Shown piece by piece: positions 1-10,700 of a stretch of DNA of 64,000 nucleotides. The position numbers were made by a program, and so were the translations under genes. The DNA comes from Geodia barretti. Taxonomy: Eukaryota. Under the pieces are notes generated by a model. That model had not been told where the DNA came from and did not search any database. It was given only the letters and a program-made list of their open reading frames with translations. The DNA lies in the NCBI GenBank assembly GCA_030341885.1, contig CASHTH010004028.1:18733-82732 (forward strand), read 5' to 3'. Position 1 is the first letter of the stretch, and each line of letters starts with the position of its first letter.

Positions 1-207
1 CGACGTGTACATTATTCAACAGTGGTGCACCTAGAACTGAACGCTTCTCATGAAGGAACGGAGGAGTATTCTATTCAGCAACCCCTGACCCATACACAGA
101 GGAACACGTACCTCCATTGACGCTCTACATCCACCATTAACTACAGCTCCCTACTGTACCAATGGGCTCAATGAGAGACCTCGCCAGTGAATGGGGGTGA
201 ATCTTAC

Positions 208-321
208 CTGTCCGTGTGTATCGAACACCGGTTTCCCGTCCTTGTCCTTCATGGCCGGGTTCTCCACCACGCAGTAGTGCCTCGGGGGAACCACTATCAT
301 CTTCTCTGGTCCAACTATCAC
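208..321 (-). CDS. MVP: MVP exon-2 copy (left arm), intact 38 codons VIVGPEKMIVVPPRHYCVVENPAMKDKDGKPVFDTHGQ; the rest of this copy lies outside the window
   Basis: Matches the vault-repeat N-terminal motif VPPRHYC..V.NP of major vault protein. Flanked by a CAG acceptor and a GTAAGA donor on the minus strand. Confidence 0.7.
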
Positions 322-1191
322 CTGCAGATGGGGAACAACACACACTCAGAAAATTGTATACACCTGCATACTGAATAGCCATCTTAGCTTTGCAAAATTA
401 CAACTTTTCAGTTTTGAATGTGGTCGCGATAGGCAATTATGTGGCACATAAGTGTAAAATAGCAAAAAATCTCCCCATTTCATAAAACTCGTGCGGAATA
501 TGTGAAAGTGATTAGTTTATGGACAAACGGTTTTCAATTTCGTGATAATGCCCTCGCGTGACTTGCCCAGGATTTTCAGCAGGTTACGACAAACTTGAAA
601 AAGCCATAATGCACACAAGCAGAGTATTGCGAACCAGCCTTTAAGTGAGCTAAAATAATGTACGTACATAAGAGCTAAAATAGGCATGTACATAATGGTT
701 ATGCATGCCTCGTTGCATATCTTGGCATGAGCTATATACACACAATGATAGGACTCATAAGTGAGTGACCTTTGCTACTGCCCTTACAGAGCTTCTGAAA
801 TCTCATGGGTAATGCCCAACAAAACCAGATTCATCCTCCAGACGCAACACAGCAGCTCATGTATCAACTTTAACCTCTACAGAGTGGGAGGGTCGTGATG
901 CAGAGGTCTGTGATGCCTATACGAGCTCCACAGTGTATGGCGTGCAATATATGGGTGCAGATGTATAGATTCTGAAAATGTGTTCGTACTGGCATGTGGT
1001 TTAGCATTGACTGCGCGGTCACTAAGGGCAAATGTGTATATTTCCCAACAATATTACAAACAAATGACGGCTCAATGTAACGGAAGGCCTGGGAACATAC
1101 ACGCACTCGCTTTTTCCATCTCTGCTCAGATACCAGCGCAACTAGCTACGCTCGTGATATCGCTTGTGCAGATGTAGCTCGATATTATTAC

Positions 1192-1327
1192 CTTATCGTT
1201 GTCTTGTCGGGAAGGTGTGCCGACCACCACCAACTGTGTCACGTGTGCTGTTCTGGTCCAGGACATGTATGTAGTAGTAGGGAGGATGCGGTAGATGCTC
1301 TTCCCTCGTCTTCTTTGATCTGTCCAT
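1192..1327 (-). pseudogene. MVP: MVP exon-1 copy (left arm), frameshifted relative to the intact right-arm exon 1 at 43921-44061
   Basis: 136 nt versus 141 nt in the right arm. The ORF 1126-1365(-) reads [27 protein letters not shown] then drifts out of the [26 protein letters not shown] frame. Confidence 0.5.
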
Positions 1328-1977
1328 GCTGGCTGAGTTCTCCACTTGCTAGCCCACAGAGTCACAGAAAGAGAGAGAAAGAGAGAAAGAAGAAAGGGGG
1401 AGGAGGTCAGGCATATTTCGGAGGTGTTCTGCCTGGCGTTGCACGGTTGAATGACTCAGAGCATAGCTCATCGTGTGGGGAGGAGATACTATGTGCTCCC
1501 GTCGTGCAGGATTAGGGGGCGAATTTTACGGCATGCGGGAGGTATTCTCGCTAGCCAGACTCTCTCGGGGGAGTCTGGCTAGCGAGACTATGCGTTCGCG
1601 TGCCTGCACAACGCGATTTCCTGATTTCGCGGGTGGTTGTAGCTAGCAACGTGTAGGATGGGAAAAACAGATGTTGCAAGTTCTCACCAACAACAGAAGA
1701 TATTTCTCAAGTCCAGGAGTTGAAACCAAGAGTTCTCCACTGCAGATTACTGCCCGACAGTACAGACGAGTAGGGATGACACAGCAACGTAACGGCGTGT
1801 CGCGCGGTCGGTAAGCAGACTTCGTGTACGCGCTTGCGCATAAACCGCCCCTGACACGCCCTCCTTGTACTTCCGGTGTGGGCGTGGATATCAAGCGACA
1901 AGGGGGCGGGGACAGATTATGGGGCGGGGCCAGGTAAGCTGAAACCCACGTGTCGTCGTATGCACAATGCTGGGTCG
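1328..1977. promoter_or_regulatory. Bidirectional promoter region between the MVP copy (minus) and GTF2H3 (plus); GC boxes, an ETS-like CTTCCGG, and a 17-bp perfect hairpin at 1546-1587
   Basis: Divergent ATGs at 1327 and 1978. GGGGCGGGG and GGGCGGGGC lie at about 1904-1930. The hairpin stem is tctcgctagccagactc paired with gagtctggctagcgaga. Confidence 0.5.
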
Positions 1978-3804
1978 ATGGCAGCAGGCCTGAGACGTCG
2001 TCTGGGGTGCAGAGAGAGGCCAACCTGCTCGTGACCCTTCTCGACCTCTCCGACTCCTTCTCGCGCAGCTCCAGCTGGAGAACCCGCGCAGCAGGTGGAT
2101 AAAAGTGCCCAAATGTCGTCACACACGCAGTGTGTCTGTGCTTTTCGTGTGTGCAGCTGAGCGTGGCCCAGTGTCTGGATAACGTGACCACCTTTCTCAA
2201 CTCCTACCTACTTCTGCAGCAGACAAACAGCGTCGGAGTCTGCCTGTGTCATCAGGGAGGGAGGTGAGACCAAAAGGCTGCCTCATTAGCTGTGTTGTGT
2301 GTGTGTTTGCTGCAGTCGGATGGTGTACCCAGTGGCAGGGAGAGAGGAGGCCGGGCTCCAAGAGACAGAGGAGACCACAAGTGGAAAGTACGAGCCTCTG
2401 GTCCACATGAATCGAGTCCTGACTGAAGAGATTCGCAAGACTGTGACCGAAACTGCTAGTGAGCCTTTGGACTTTGCCATGCATTTTCTTATGTAGTGTG
2501 CCTGACACTTGCTGGGTAGATATATAGTTGCTTTCAGGCAGATCTTGTTTGTCGATTAGTTTATTTTGTCTAAATTTCTTGCAGGTCACCCTGTTCACAG
2601 TACTTCAGCGCTATCGGGAGCACTTAGTAAATGTCTCTGCTGTATCCCCACCACACTCAATGCAGACGTTGATAAAGTTCCATCGTACAGAGAGTTTACT
2701 GTTATAGTTTGACCCCGTCAGGGAGGAAAAATATATATATCTGTTTAGTGATTCAGACTAATAATCTATGGAGGAAAAATATATATATCTGTGCAAGAAA
2801 TAGAACCTAGGTAGTGATTCAGACTTAATTTTTGGCGAAGACATCCAGAGGCGTTGTAGGGAGGCACCACTAGGAACCAAAGTCAACTCACGCATACTAG
2901 TAAGTTTCTTTGAATGTAGCAATTGTCTATCAAATGTGTGGAGCCTTTCTGCAGGTAATAATGTCATCGCAAGACACCGCGTCACAGTATGTACCTGTAA
3001 TGAACTGCATCTTTGCTGCCCAAAAACATGTTGGTCGCCCACCTATACGTATTGGACTGCATCGGTAAATTCTGTGTCTTTTTCGCACACAGAAAATAGT
3101 GATCGACTCGTGCGTCTTATGGCAAGACTCAGGATTTCTACAGCAAGTATATAATTATAGAGAACTCCTCCCCCATTACATAGGTTTTCATTGTCTCTCT
3201 ATTTTTCCAGGCTTCAGATATCACAGGTGGTATTTATATAAAAACTCCAGAGCCTGCAGGCTTACTGCAGTTTCTGATAGTAAGTTTTTCTCCGTAAAGA
3301 GGGGATAATATCCAAAATGGCTACATTAGAGTAGCTATAATATTGAATGCTGTGGCATAGCCTCACCGTAATGTGAGTGAATTTCTGTTGTGATTGTAGT
3401 GGACGTTTCTACCGGATGAGACCAGCAGAGATAAACTCATGCTGCCATCAGCGGTAAAGGTGGACTACCATGCCTCTTGTTTCTGCCACCATCGACTGGT
3501 GGACGTCGGCCATGTCTGCTCTGTCTGTCTCTCTAGTGGGTGTGCCCCTTCAATTTACCTGCCATTTTCTATTCGTGTCACATAATTATACTTACCTGTA
3601 TAATTGAATGTTGATTGCAGTTTTCTGTCAATTCACTCCGATCTGCTCCATGTGCCAGTAAGTATAGAGAAGTAGTGTGGTGCTGATCACTTTACTTTGT
3701 CTTTCTGCAGAGCACACTTCAAGCTGCCCAACTTGCCTCTGGTCAAGGCTGGAAAGTCGAAGAAGAAAAAGAACGCCAAAGTCAGAGACCACGGCCAAGC
3801 ATAG
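1978..3804 (+). CDS. GTF2H3: General transcription factor IIH subunit 3 (TFIIH p34), left-arm copy, 10 exons; exon 1 carries two 1-nt deletions relative to the right-arm copy
   Basis: Exons 1978-2094, 2157-2263, 2316-2458, 2585-2700, 2955-3029, 3093-3146, 3211-3279, 3400-3535, 3621-3657, 3711-3804. Conserved p34 motifs present: ANLLVTLLD, LSVAQCLDNV, KIVIDSCVL..SGFLQQ, ASDITGGIYIKTP, WTFLPD...VDYHASCFCH..VCSVCLS, IFCQFTPICSMCQ, HFKLPNLPLVKAGKSKKKK. GT-AG splice sites throughout. Confidence 0.8.
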
Positions 3805-3991
3805 CAAATTTCCAGTGTTTTATATTGTCCTGTCTTTTTTTTTTTTTATAATGCATGAATCACTACTGTCTTTCGTTTATAATCAGCAGGTTATGTCAAT
3901 TTCTTTTCAATAATGATAATACAAAAGCACGGTTAATGAAAAACAAAAAATTGGGAAATGAACAGTCTTGTGATATTATTATGTATAATGT

Positions 3992-5353
3992 TCAAGCAGC
4001 CATGAACGATTCAAGGTCAAAATAGTCTGGATCAAAGCTTGAATCACTTCCAACGGAGAAGGGAGACAGCATCTTTTCCAGCTCTGAATCTGTCATGTCT
4101 GAGAAGTTGGCTACGAGACAATCATTAACAGGGGCAGAGTCAATAATAACAGGGGAGGTGGCAGTAGACTCTGGTATGAGGGGAAATGGAACGGAATCGG
4201 AAAAACTGTCACTGGATGATGAGAACATGGGCGGGGTCAGTAGGGGGCTGGGGTTCAGAATATGGCTATCGGGTTCCAGTTGGATTGGTGGGTCCCCCAC
4301 CACAATTGGCCCCTGATTGGTCCCCCCTGGTTGGCCCAGGTCATGTGACTGGGAACCAATGTCGACATCAGCGGCCAGTGCTGATCCACCTGATGCGATG
4401 ATGTCATGCCAGGAGTAATCTTGCAGCAGGTGAAACAGAGAATCAAACTATAGACACAAAGAAAAAGTGACTCAAAATGGTAAAGGACGAAGGCTTCTGA
4501 GCTCACTTCACTGTCACCAGGACTCGAGCAAAGAGATCCCCCAGTATCCGCTTCTGCTGCAGAGAAGTGAAAGGTACTGCTGACCCGGATACCGAGGATG
4601 TCCTCTCTGACAACTTGAGTGAGCTGCCGTTACTACTATTGGCTGAGGTGGAGGTGGAGGTGGTGTGGTGTGACTGCTGCTGGACAAGCTGAATCTCCAG
4701 TTCCTGTTTCATAACATCTGTTTTCTGTCTGAGTGCCAGGTTTTCCTGCTGGAGCCTCTCATTCTGTAATGCACCAGTGAAACATCATCTTATCCTCACA
4801 CATCCTAAGTGTACCTTTCGACATGCTTGGCCAAGTACTACATACGTACATACCTTGGCTTCAAGTTCTGCCACTCTTCTTTCCAAGTCCTCAACATAGT
4901 TTTTCCTACGGTCTCTGGCGTTCTGAGCTGCTATCCTGTTCATCAGTTTTCTGTGTCCACAAAAGAAAAGCAAAGTGTGATTTACCGGAGCCGGAGACTA
5001 ATGAAAACACACCTTTTCTCCCTCTTCTGATCATCCGTCAGCTCCTCACTCTCTCCCCTCTTCCTCTTCCTCCCGCTGTAGCGTGGAACCTGTTGATTTT
5101 GTTCGAGCGAGGACGGAGGAGGGCTCCCCGAATGACGCTTCAGCGGTGAACAAGCACTGTCCGGAGAGCCAGCTTGCTGCGGCGGTAGATCGTGAGGTCT
5201 CGGCTGAACCACCGCACACGGTGTTTTCCTCGCAGCGCCGTTCTTGGCCAGGAGCCGTAGACAAAGTAGGAGTAGTTCAGGAGTTAGCTTCGTCAGCGCA
5301 GCCGCAGCGGCGACACCGGCCTTGGATTTGTACATTTCAGCTTGATCCTCCAT
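3992..5353 (-). CDS. XBP1: X-box binding protein 1 (bZIP, unfolded-protein-response), left-arm copy; span runs from the ATG to the stop of the spliced-form C-terminal frame
   Basis: Exon 1 is 5013-5353 (MEDQAEMYKSK...RKRKRGESEELTDDQKREK). Exon 2 is 4854-4950 (RKLMNRIAAQNARDRRKNYVEDLERRVAELEAK, the bZIP basic region). Exon 3 starts at 4763 (NERLQQENLALRQK..). The C-terminal frame ends ...SPFSVGSDSSFDPDYFDLESFMAA, resembling the XBP1s activation-domain terminus. The W-rich alternative frame 4255-4506 resembles the XBP1u tail. Confidence 0.8.
4548..4586 (-). other. XBP1: Candidate IRE1 unconventional splice site pair in XBP1 mRNA: two 7-nt loops CAG|CAGU and CUG|CAGC flanking a 20-nt intron (4560-4579)
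   Basis: Minus-strand sequence is gggtCAG|cagtacctttcacttctctg|CAGCAGaagcgg. The 3' site has a cuucu/agaag stem with loop CUGCAGC, identical to the vertebrate 3' loop. The 5' site has a ggu/acc stem with loop CAGCAGU. The right-arm copy at 40606-40644 has a 19-nt version. Confidence 0.6.
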
Positions 5354-5690
5354 GATTCGACCACAGGGTGAGGTTTTTCACAGAGGGTTTTCATTGTTTT
5401 TTTGTTAGCTACTTTCTTCTATGCTATGCCTCCATTTCAGGACATCTGCCTCCGAGGACGGCTAGGGAGCCACCGATCTTCCAGCCTTTTGTAGTCTTCT
5501 TTGTTTTGCTGCTCGGTCGCGGTCGGTCCGGGGATGACGAAACTTGCATGATGCAAACGTGCTGATTTGTCACAATCTGATTGGTGGAGCGAGTCATGTG
5601 CCTGCTAGAGAATTTGGCGCGAGTTTGGTGCGAAAGCACATGCGCGCGCATCGCAAAAAGCATGCTAGAGTAGAGTAGAGTGGCGGAGAG
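5354..5690. promoter_or_regulatory. Bidirectional promoter between XBP1 (minus) and ZWILCH (plus)
   Basis: Divergent ATGs at 5353 and 5691. CCAAT on the minus strand at 5577-5584 with an ACGTG core nearby. A GC-rich palindrome CATGCGCGCGCATC lies at about 5636-5650. Confidence 0.45.
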
Positions 5691-7573
5691 ATGGATATAA
5701 CCGCTCTTGCTGAGACTTTCACTACCTTTCTTCTCGAGTGCACATCAAAGAGCAGGTCCCAAAAAGGGTCTTTCGACTACGAGCTGAAAATTGGCGAGAG
5801 AAACGTGGCTATTTCTGCCACCCTCCTACCTCCACTTGTTCGTTCCCCATTCTCCGAGATAACTGGTCCCCTCCCCTGCCCCACTGTGGTGCTGGGATCT
5901 CCACACCACCAACAAGATAGGGAGAAGGAAGAAGATGAGTCCCCGGAACTGAGGCCAATTCTTGACCAGTTTTCTAATTCATTTCTCGTTGAGGACTCCC
6001 GTCGCGAAAGGAAAGAGGGAAGAAAAGAGGTTGGACGAAATAAACAGGATCCTGTTCAAGTTTCAGAGAAAAGAGCGATTTTTCTTGGTTCGAAGCTGTT
6101 CCGAAAACGGGTGTACCTAAAACAAGAATCCCGTTCCACCCTAGAAGAGTCACAGTCTGTTGTCAGACAAGCTAATCTCGGTGGACTCGCTCCACTTTCA
6201 CTCGACCTTGCTCCGAGGCTTTGCCTCCTATTACCCTCGTTGGGAGTAGATTGCAGGAAGCGGGGACTTACCACTCGGCCCTTTGGGTACCTTGTACACA
6301 CACCCGAAGGAGCTGTCCAGGAAGATATTGTGGGGCTAGGATGCACACATGAGCCTGAAGGAGGAGGGTTTACTGTGTGCGAGAGAGAGGGGCGGGAGAG
6401 GCTGGAGCAAAGAGGGACCGGGCATGAAAATTACACCGGGCGACTTACAAGGAAATGCGTTTGCCAGGTATGCCATCACGTCTTTTGAGATTTGCTCAAC
6501 TGGTTGCGAGGCAGGGATGATGGTGGAATTTTCTTGGGACAACCCGGAAACCTTTTCTCTCTCCACCACCCGTGTTTGGCACGGAGGGTGTGCTCCATAT
6601 TGCGGTTGGAGCCTGGGAATCTTCAGGCCACTATCTCGACGTTTTCAGAGCTGCAGACTCTTGTCGGGTGTGTGTGAGGCGGTGTGCGATGGGAGGAATG
6701 GTGGGGGCGATTTCCCAGAGGAAGAGGGAGAGGAGGTGCTTACGAAACGAGAGGAACCTTTGCTCATTAACAGAGTGGATGATTTCCTGGAGGCGATTGA
6801 CTCTCCGCTGTCACACACGCTGCAAGTCAACGTTGTCTCGCCATCCCTCGAGAACACCGTTTTCCAGCAGAGGGAAAATCTCGACTTCACAGAGAACCTC
6901 TGGCTTTTTCTAAAAGATGTTCGGAGCCCGGAAGATCTAGAAGCCACCCTGGGAGCAATCTTCAAGGCGTTTTTACTCGGAAGGGTGCGCAATGTGACAT
7001 TTCGCGAGACTAGCAGATCCCCCTTGGCCAAACTCTTGCGCGAGCTCCTAAGCTGCAATTCAGACGCCGAGCGGCAGGTACTTGCTCCGAAGTTCCAACT
7101 CCTTCTCTTACCCAGTAGGTTGCTGCAAACCCTGGCCCAGATTGGGGTTGATAAGTTGAGGCTGGATCTCAGGGTGTTCCTGATTGCAGCCAAGGTGACG
7201 AGCGAGGCTGAGATTGCCAGCTTTCTCGGCGACGGTGAAAATCTTCTGCACCAGTGTCATTCCCTCTGCAACCTTTTCCACGTTGTGGAACTTGTGGGTA
7301 CGGCCATAAACTACCATTGTCTCCCACCACCCTCTCTCATGGCACTCGCAAAATCAGCGATGGATTCTACGTCGGAGACTCCCTTTCGTTGGGTTTGAAG
7401 CCACACCGTTGTTTTCGGTCGCCCTGCCGCAAAGTTCGACTGTCTCAGACCTGTCATTGACATGTGTGTGTCGGGAGTGGGACTCTGGGACTGTGACGTT
7501 ACGTTCAAGCTGCGAGACAGAATGATCATGCTGAGAGCTGGTGTATAGCTGGAGGGAATCAGAAACGTCATGA
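5691..7573 (+). pseudogene. ZWILCH: ZWILCH homolog, left-arm copy, single exon, broken into overlapping frames by many small indels relative to the intact right-arm copy
   Basis: ORFs 5691-6488, 6349-7398 and 6572-6913 are frame-shifted pieces of the 37597-39489(-) protein. For example the left copy reads LDLAPRLCLLLPSLGVD where the right copy reads LDLARAFASYYLVGSRLQESGTLPALWVPC. Confidence 0.5.
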
Positions 7574-7778
7574 TGTGTAATCAAGTCACTTGTAATGAGG
7601 TGTGATTAGTAATCAAACCATTTTATGCGCAGTGCGCGAGCTAATTGGGTTTTATCTTGCGCACACTGCGTTAATGTGAGAATTTTCCTGTATATCGTCG
7701 CGTCTGCCTGTCTGCGCGTAGTGCGTGTTGCTTGCTTGCTCGTGCGTTGAAGAGAGTTTTTAGTTAAGGTGTTAGAAG

Positions 7779-10700
7779 ATGGCCACTGAAGGACTGCCGC
7801 CGGACAGAGTCCCGCCAGAGCTGCGCAGGCAGACGCTCTGCCTCAACTTGTGAGTACACTTTAATTGATGCCCACCCCGTTTGCGAAGTTTCAAATCTGA
7901 GCGCGCGCTTGGCGAAGCATCGTGCTTGGTTATGGAATTTAGGTACCAACTTGTGTTGCCTCTCGACTGGCGGAGATTGTTTTCACTGGCCCCATTAAAC
8001 ACCTGATCCTTTTAGTGACGATAAACTAAACCGAAACGCCAATATTCGCTCGCTCAGATAAGGGAATTGATATAGAGCCTTTCTCTGTATAATGCCTGAA
8101 AAACTGTTTTTGCAGGGGGGACTAGTGTGTCAAATAAGTGTGAGGACAACAACATGGGGCGGGTTCGATCGGGGGTGGTGTTGTACGAGTTTTGTGGCCG
8201 TCGGCGCGCCGCGTGGGTGTGTAGTTACACTCTGCGCATGCGCACAAACAGTGCAAGGGCTTAAAAAGTTCACCGCTAATTGATCGGTCGCGCGATTAGT
8301 CTTTGCACGAGCGAGAGTCTCTGTGCTTGTCTGTCCTCTGCAGGGAGGAGGCGATCCGGAACTACCCCGGTACCCCGGATCCACGCCGGGAGCCTACAGA
8401 ACCCCACGGACGTGGAGATAATCTTCTTCGACCAGTCGAGAAACTCGTAATGGCCGTTCTCTCTCCGGGAGCTAACACTTGAAGCAACATGCAGCAGCTA
8501 GCTAAGACGCGCGCGATTCTGGGTGTATAATAAAAGAGCTAGGTGTGGCGTTGTGAATTCATAGGACTACTAAAACGGCTTATCTTGCACAGCGCTCCTT
8601 GTGCCTTGCTGCAGAAGCGCCTGTCGTGCAATGTAACAGTGAGAATTCTCAGGCTGTGAAGGCGTTTCTGTTCGCCACGTCGTCTGTGAATGTGCGTGTG
8701 TGAGAGTATAACATGCTGGTGTATAATTGGCAAGTAACCGAAATTACTGAGAGAGGAGCTCCATTTTTTTCAGTGACCCTTCATGCATCTGCATATATCA
8801 CAGATCATAGGATAATGCTTGCTATAATTATAGTAACCAGAGAGCAGGTATGTAGGACAGTTTCTTTTGCAATCAGTCTGCAAGATTGACAGTGCAATCA
8901 GTTGCTATCAATATCTGAACATTATTGTTCTGTACTCTGCGACTAGTGTGTGAATGTACTACCGACACACACACACACACCACACGGACACACCAGATGT
9001 ACACAGTACGATGATCAGAGGAGAGGTAGAAGGTAGCTGAATGTCGTAATTATCGGTCATTGCTTCGAGTCAGCTACATCATACAATGCAGTGTTTCTCT
9101 ATTAGTGCTAGCCACCTCATTTATATTCAGCAAACACTTCAGCCTCTCCAGCTATGTATATACTCCTTTGCCGGTGCCACACTAGTTTCTGGCGTATGTA
9201 CTCTTTGGGGCACATATTACGTGCGTATGCGTTGCATATTAGTCCACGTAAGTTGACCTCGTCTTTGGACGCGTTTTTTAAGTAGTGCTTTAGCGTGTAT
9301 ACATTCTGTATAAAGACATTACTCTGAAGGAAGTGGCGCGCCCACTGGTTAACGGCGCGCGTAGTGCAGCAGCAGAGTGCCATGACCTTCATACGTGTCA
9401 CATGACATCACTGTTGTATACAAATTGCCATACACGCATAGGTGCTGCTGTAGCTCTCTCGCTACATAACTACCACATACTATATACTACGTACTATGTT
9501 CACACGGTCTAGGTGTTTGCTTGCCTTGCTGCCTTGCGCCTCAGGATGACTGGCAATACATACACGGCCAGCTGCAGCGAATTCTCTTTATGCTAACAAC
9601 AGAGAAAGAGCCTCAGATTAGATACATTAACCTTAGTTTCTCCCGTCCAAAGTTCCCCAATTTTCTTTGGCCAGCCACAAAGCAGTGTGTTACCTTAATA
9701 TCTCGCACCTCCTGATGTTGTGGGCGCTGTATAGGTTTCCTGGAGCACATAAACCTTAGTTTCCGCTCCAAAGTCCCCCCAATTTTCTTGGGCCAGTCCA
9801 CAGAGTAGTGTTGTGTTGGTAGGCTATTATATCTTCGCACCTCTTGATGGGGGCGGAGTCTGTCTAGGTTGCCTGGAAGGTGCCATGGTGTTCCTGTGAG
9901 ATATCTGCCAGGGTATATGTGTACATGCAACTCAGTGGACATGCTAAAACTTTGTTCTGGCAGATTTTTCACGGAGTGCTGCTTTCTCCACATTTTAGAT
10001 ATTCTTTGTGTCTTCTGCTTTTTTGAAGTGTGATCGTTTTGCACTTCGAAAAGCGGCGTAAAATGCTACTGTTGATGGCAATGTACTGTATGTGTTTCTG
10101 CAGAAGAAAAGTGGAACGAGAGAGAGGAGGTTGTTTTGGCTGAGTGATACCGAAAGTTGATTGCATTTAGTGACCTCCTTAGGACAGTGAAAAGGGTATC
10201 TTTCATGTGGGGGTACACCCTATACCTAACGAGTAAGCCTTAGACCCTGAACTGTGGCAGATGTGTGTATATAGTGCATGCTGTTGGCAGTGCGTAGCTG
10301 GTGATCTGGTGAGGCCCCTGCGGTAGTGGGTTACTATCGTCGGGTCAAAGTTCAGTTGGTTTTTCCAAGTGGTGGTGGTGTGGATGGTTGCATGGGTGGT
10401 TGGGTTTGCTGTCAGACCACATTTTGCGCTGTGCTTCCTTGCCTGCATGGGTGCACCTGCCATTTTCTCCCTCGTCTTTGCCTCTCTCTACTTTGTATTA
10501 TACTTTCTCCCTCGCTCATCCTCTGCTTCTCCTATCCCCTTTCTCCTCTTCCCGTGCCCATTCACTCACTCTCCATCCTCACTCACTATCTTCGTTCCAT
10601 CCTCCTCCTTCTTCTCCACCACCACCACCAACAGACCTAGCAGCTCAGAACCCGCAGCAGCAACACCAGCAGTCAAATCAATCGCTCCCTCAGTCGTCTA

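Noticed and set aside
4255-4506. ORF 4255-4506(-) as a separate small gene
   Set aside because: It is the alternative (W-rich, XBP1u-like) reading frame of the XBP1 3' region, not an independent gene.
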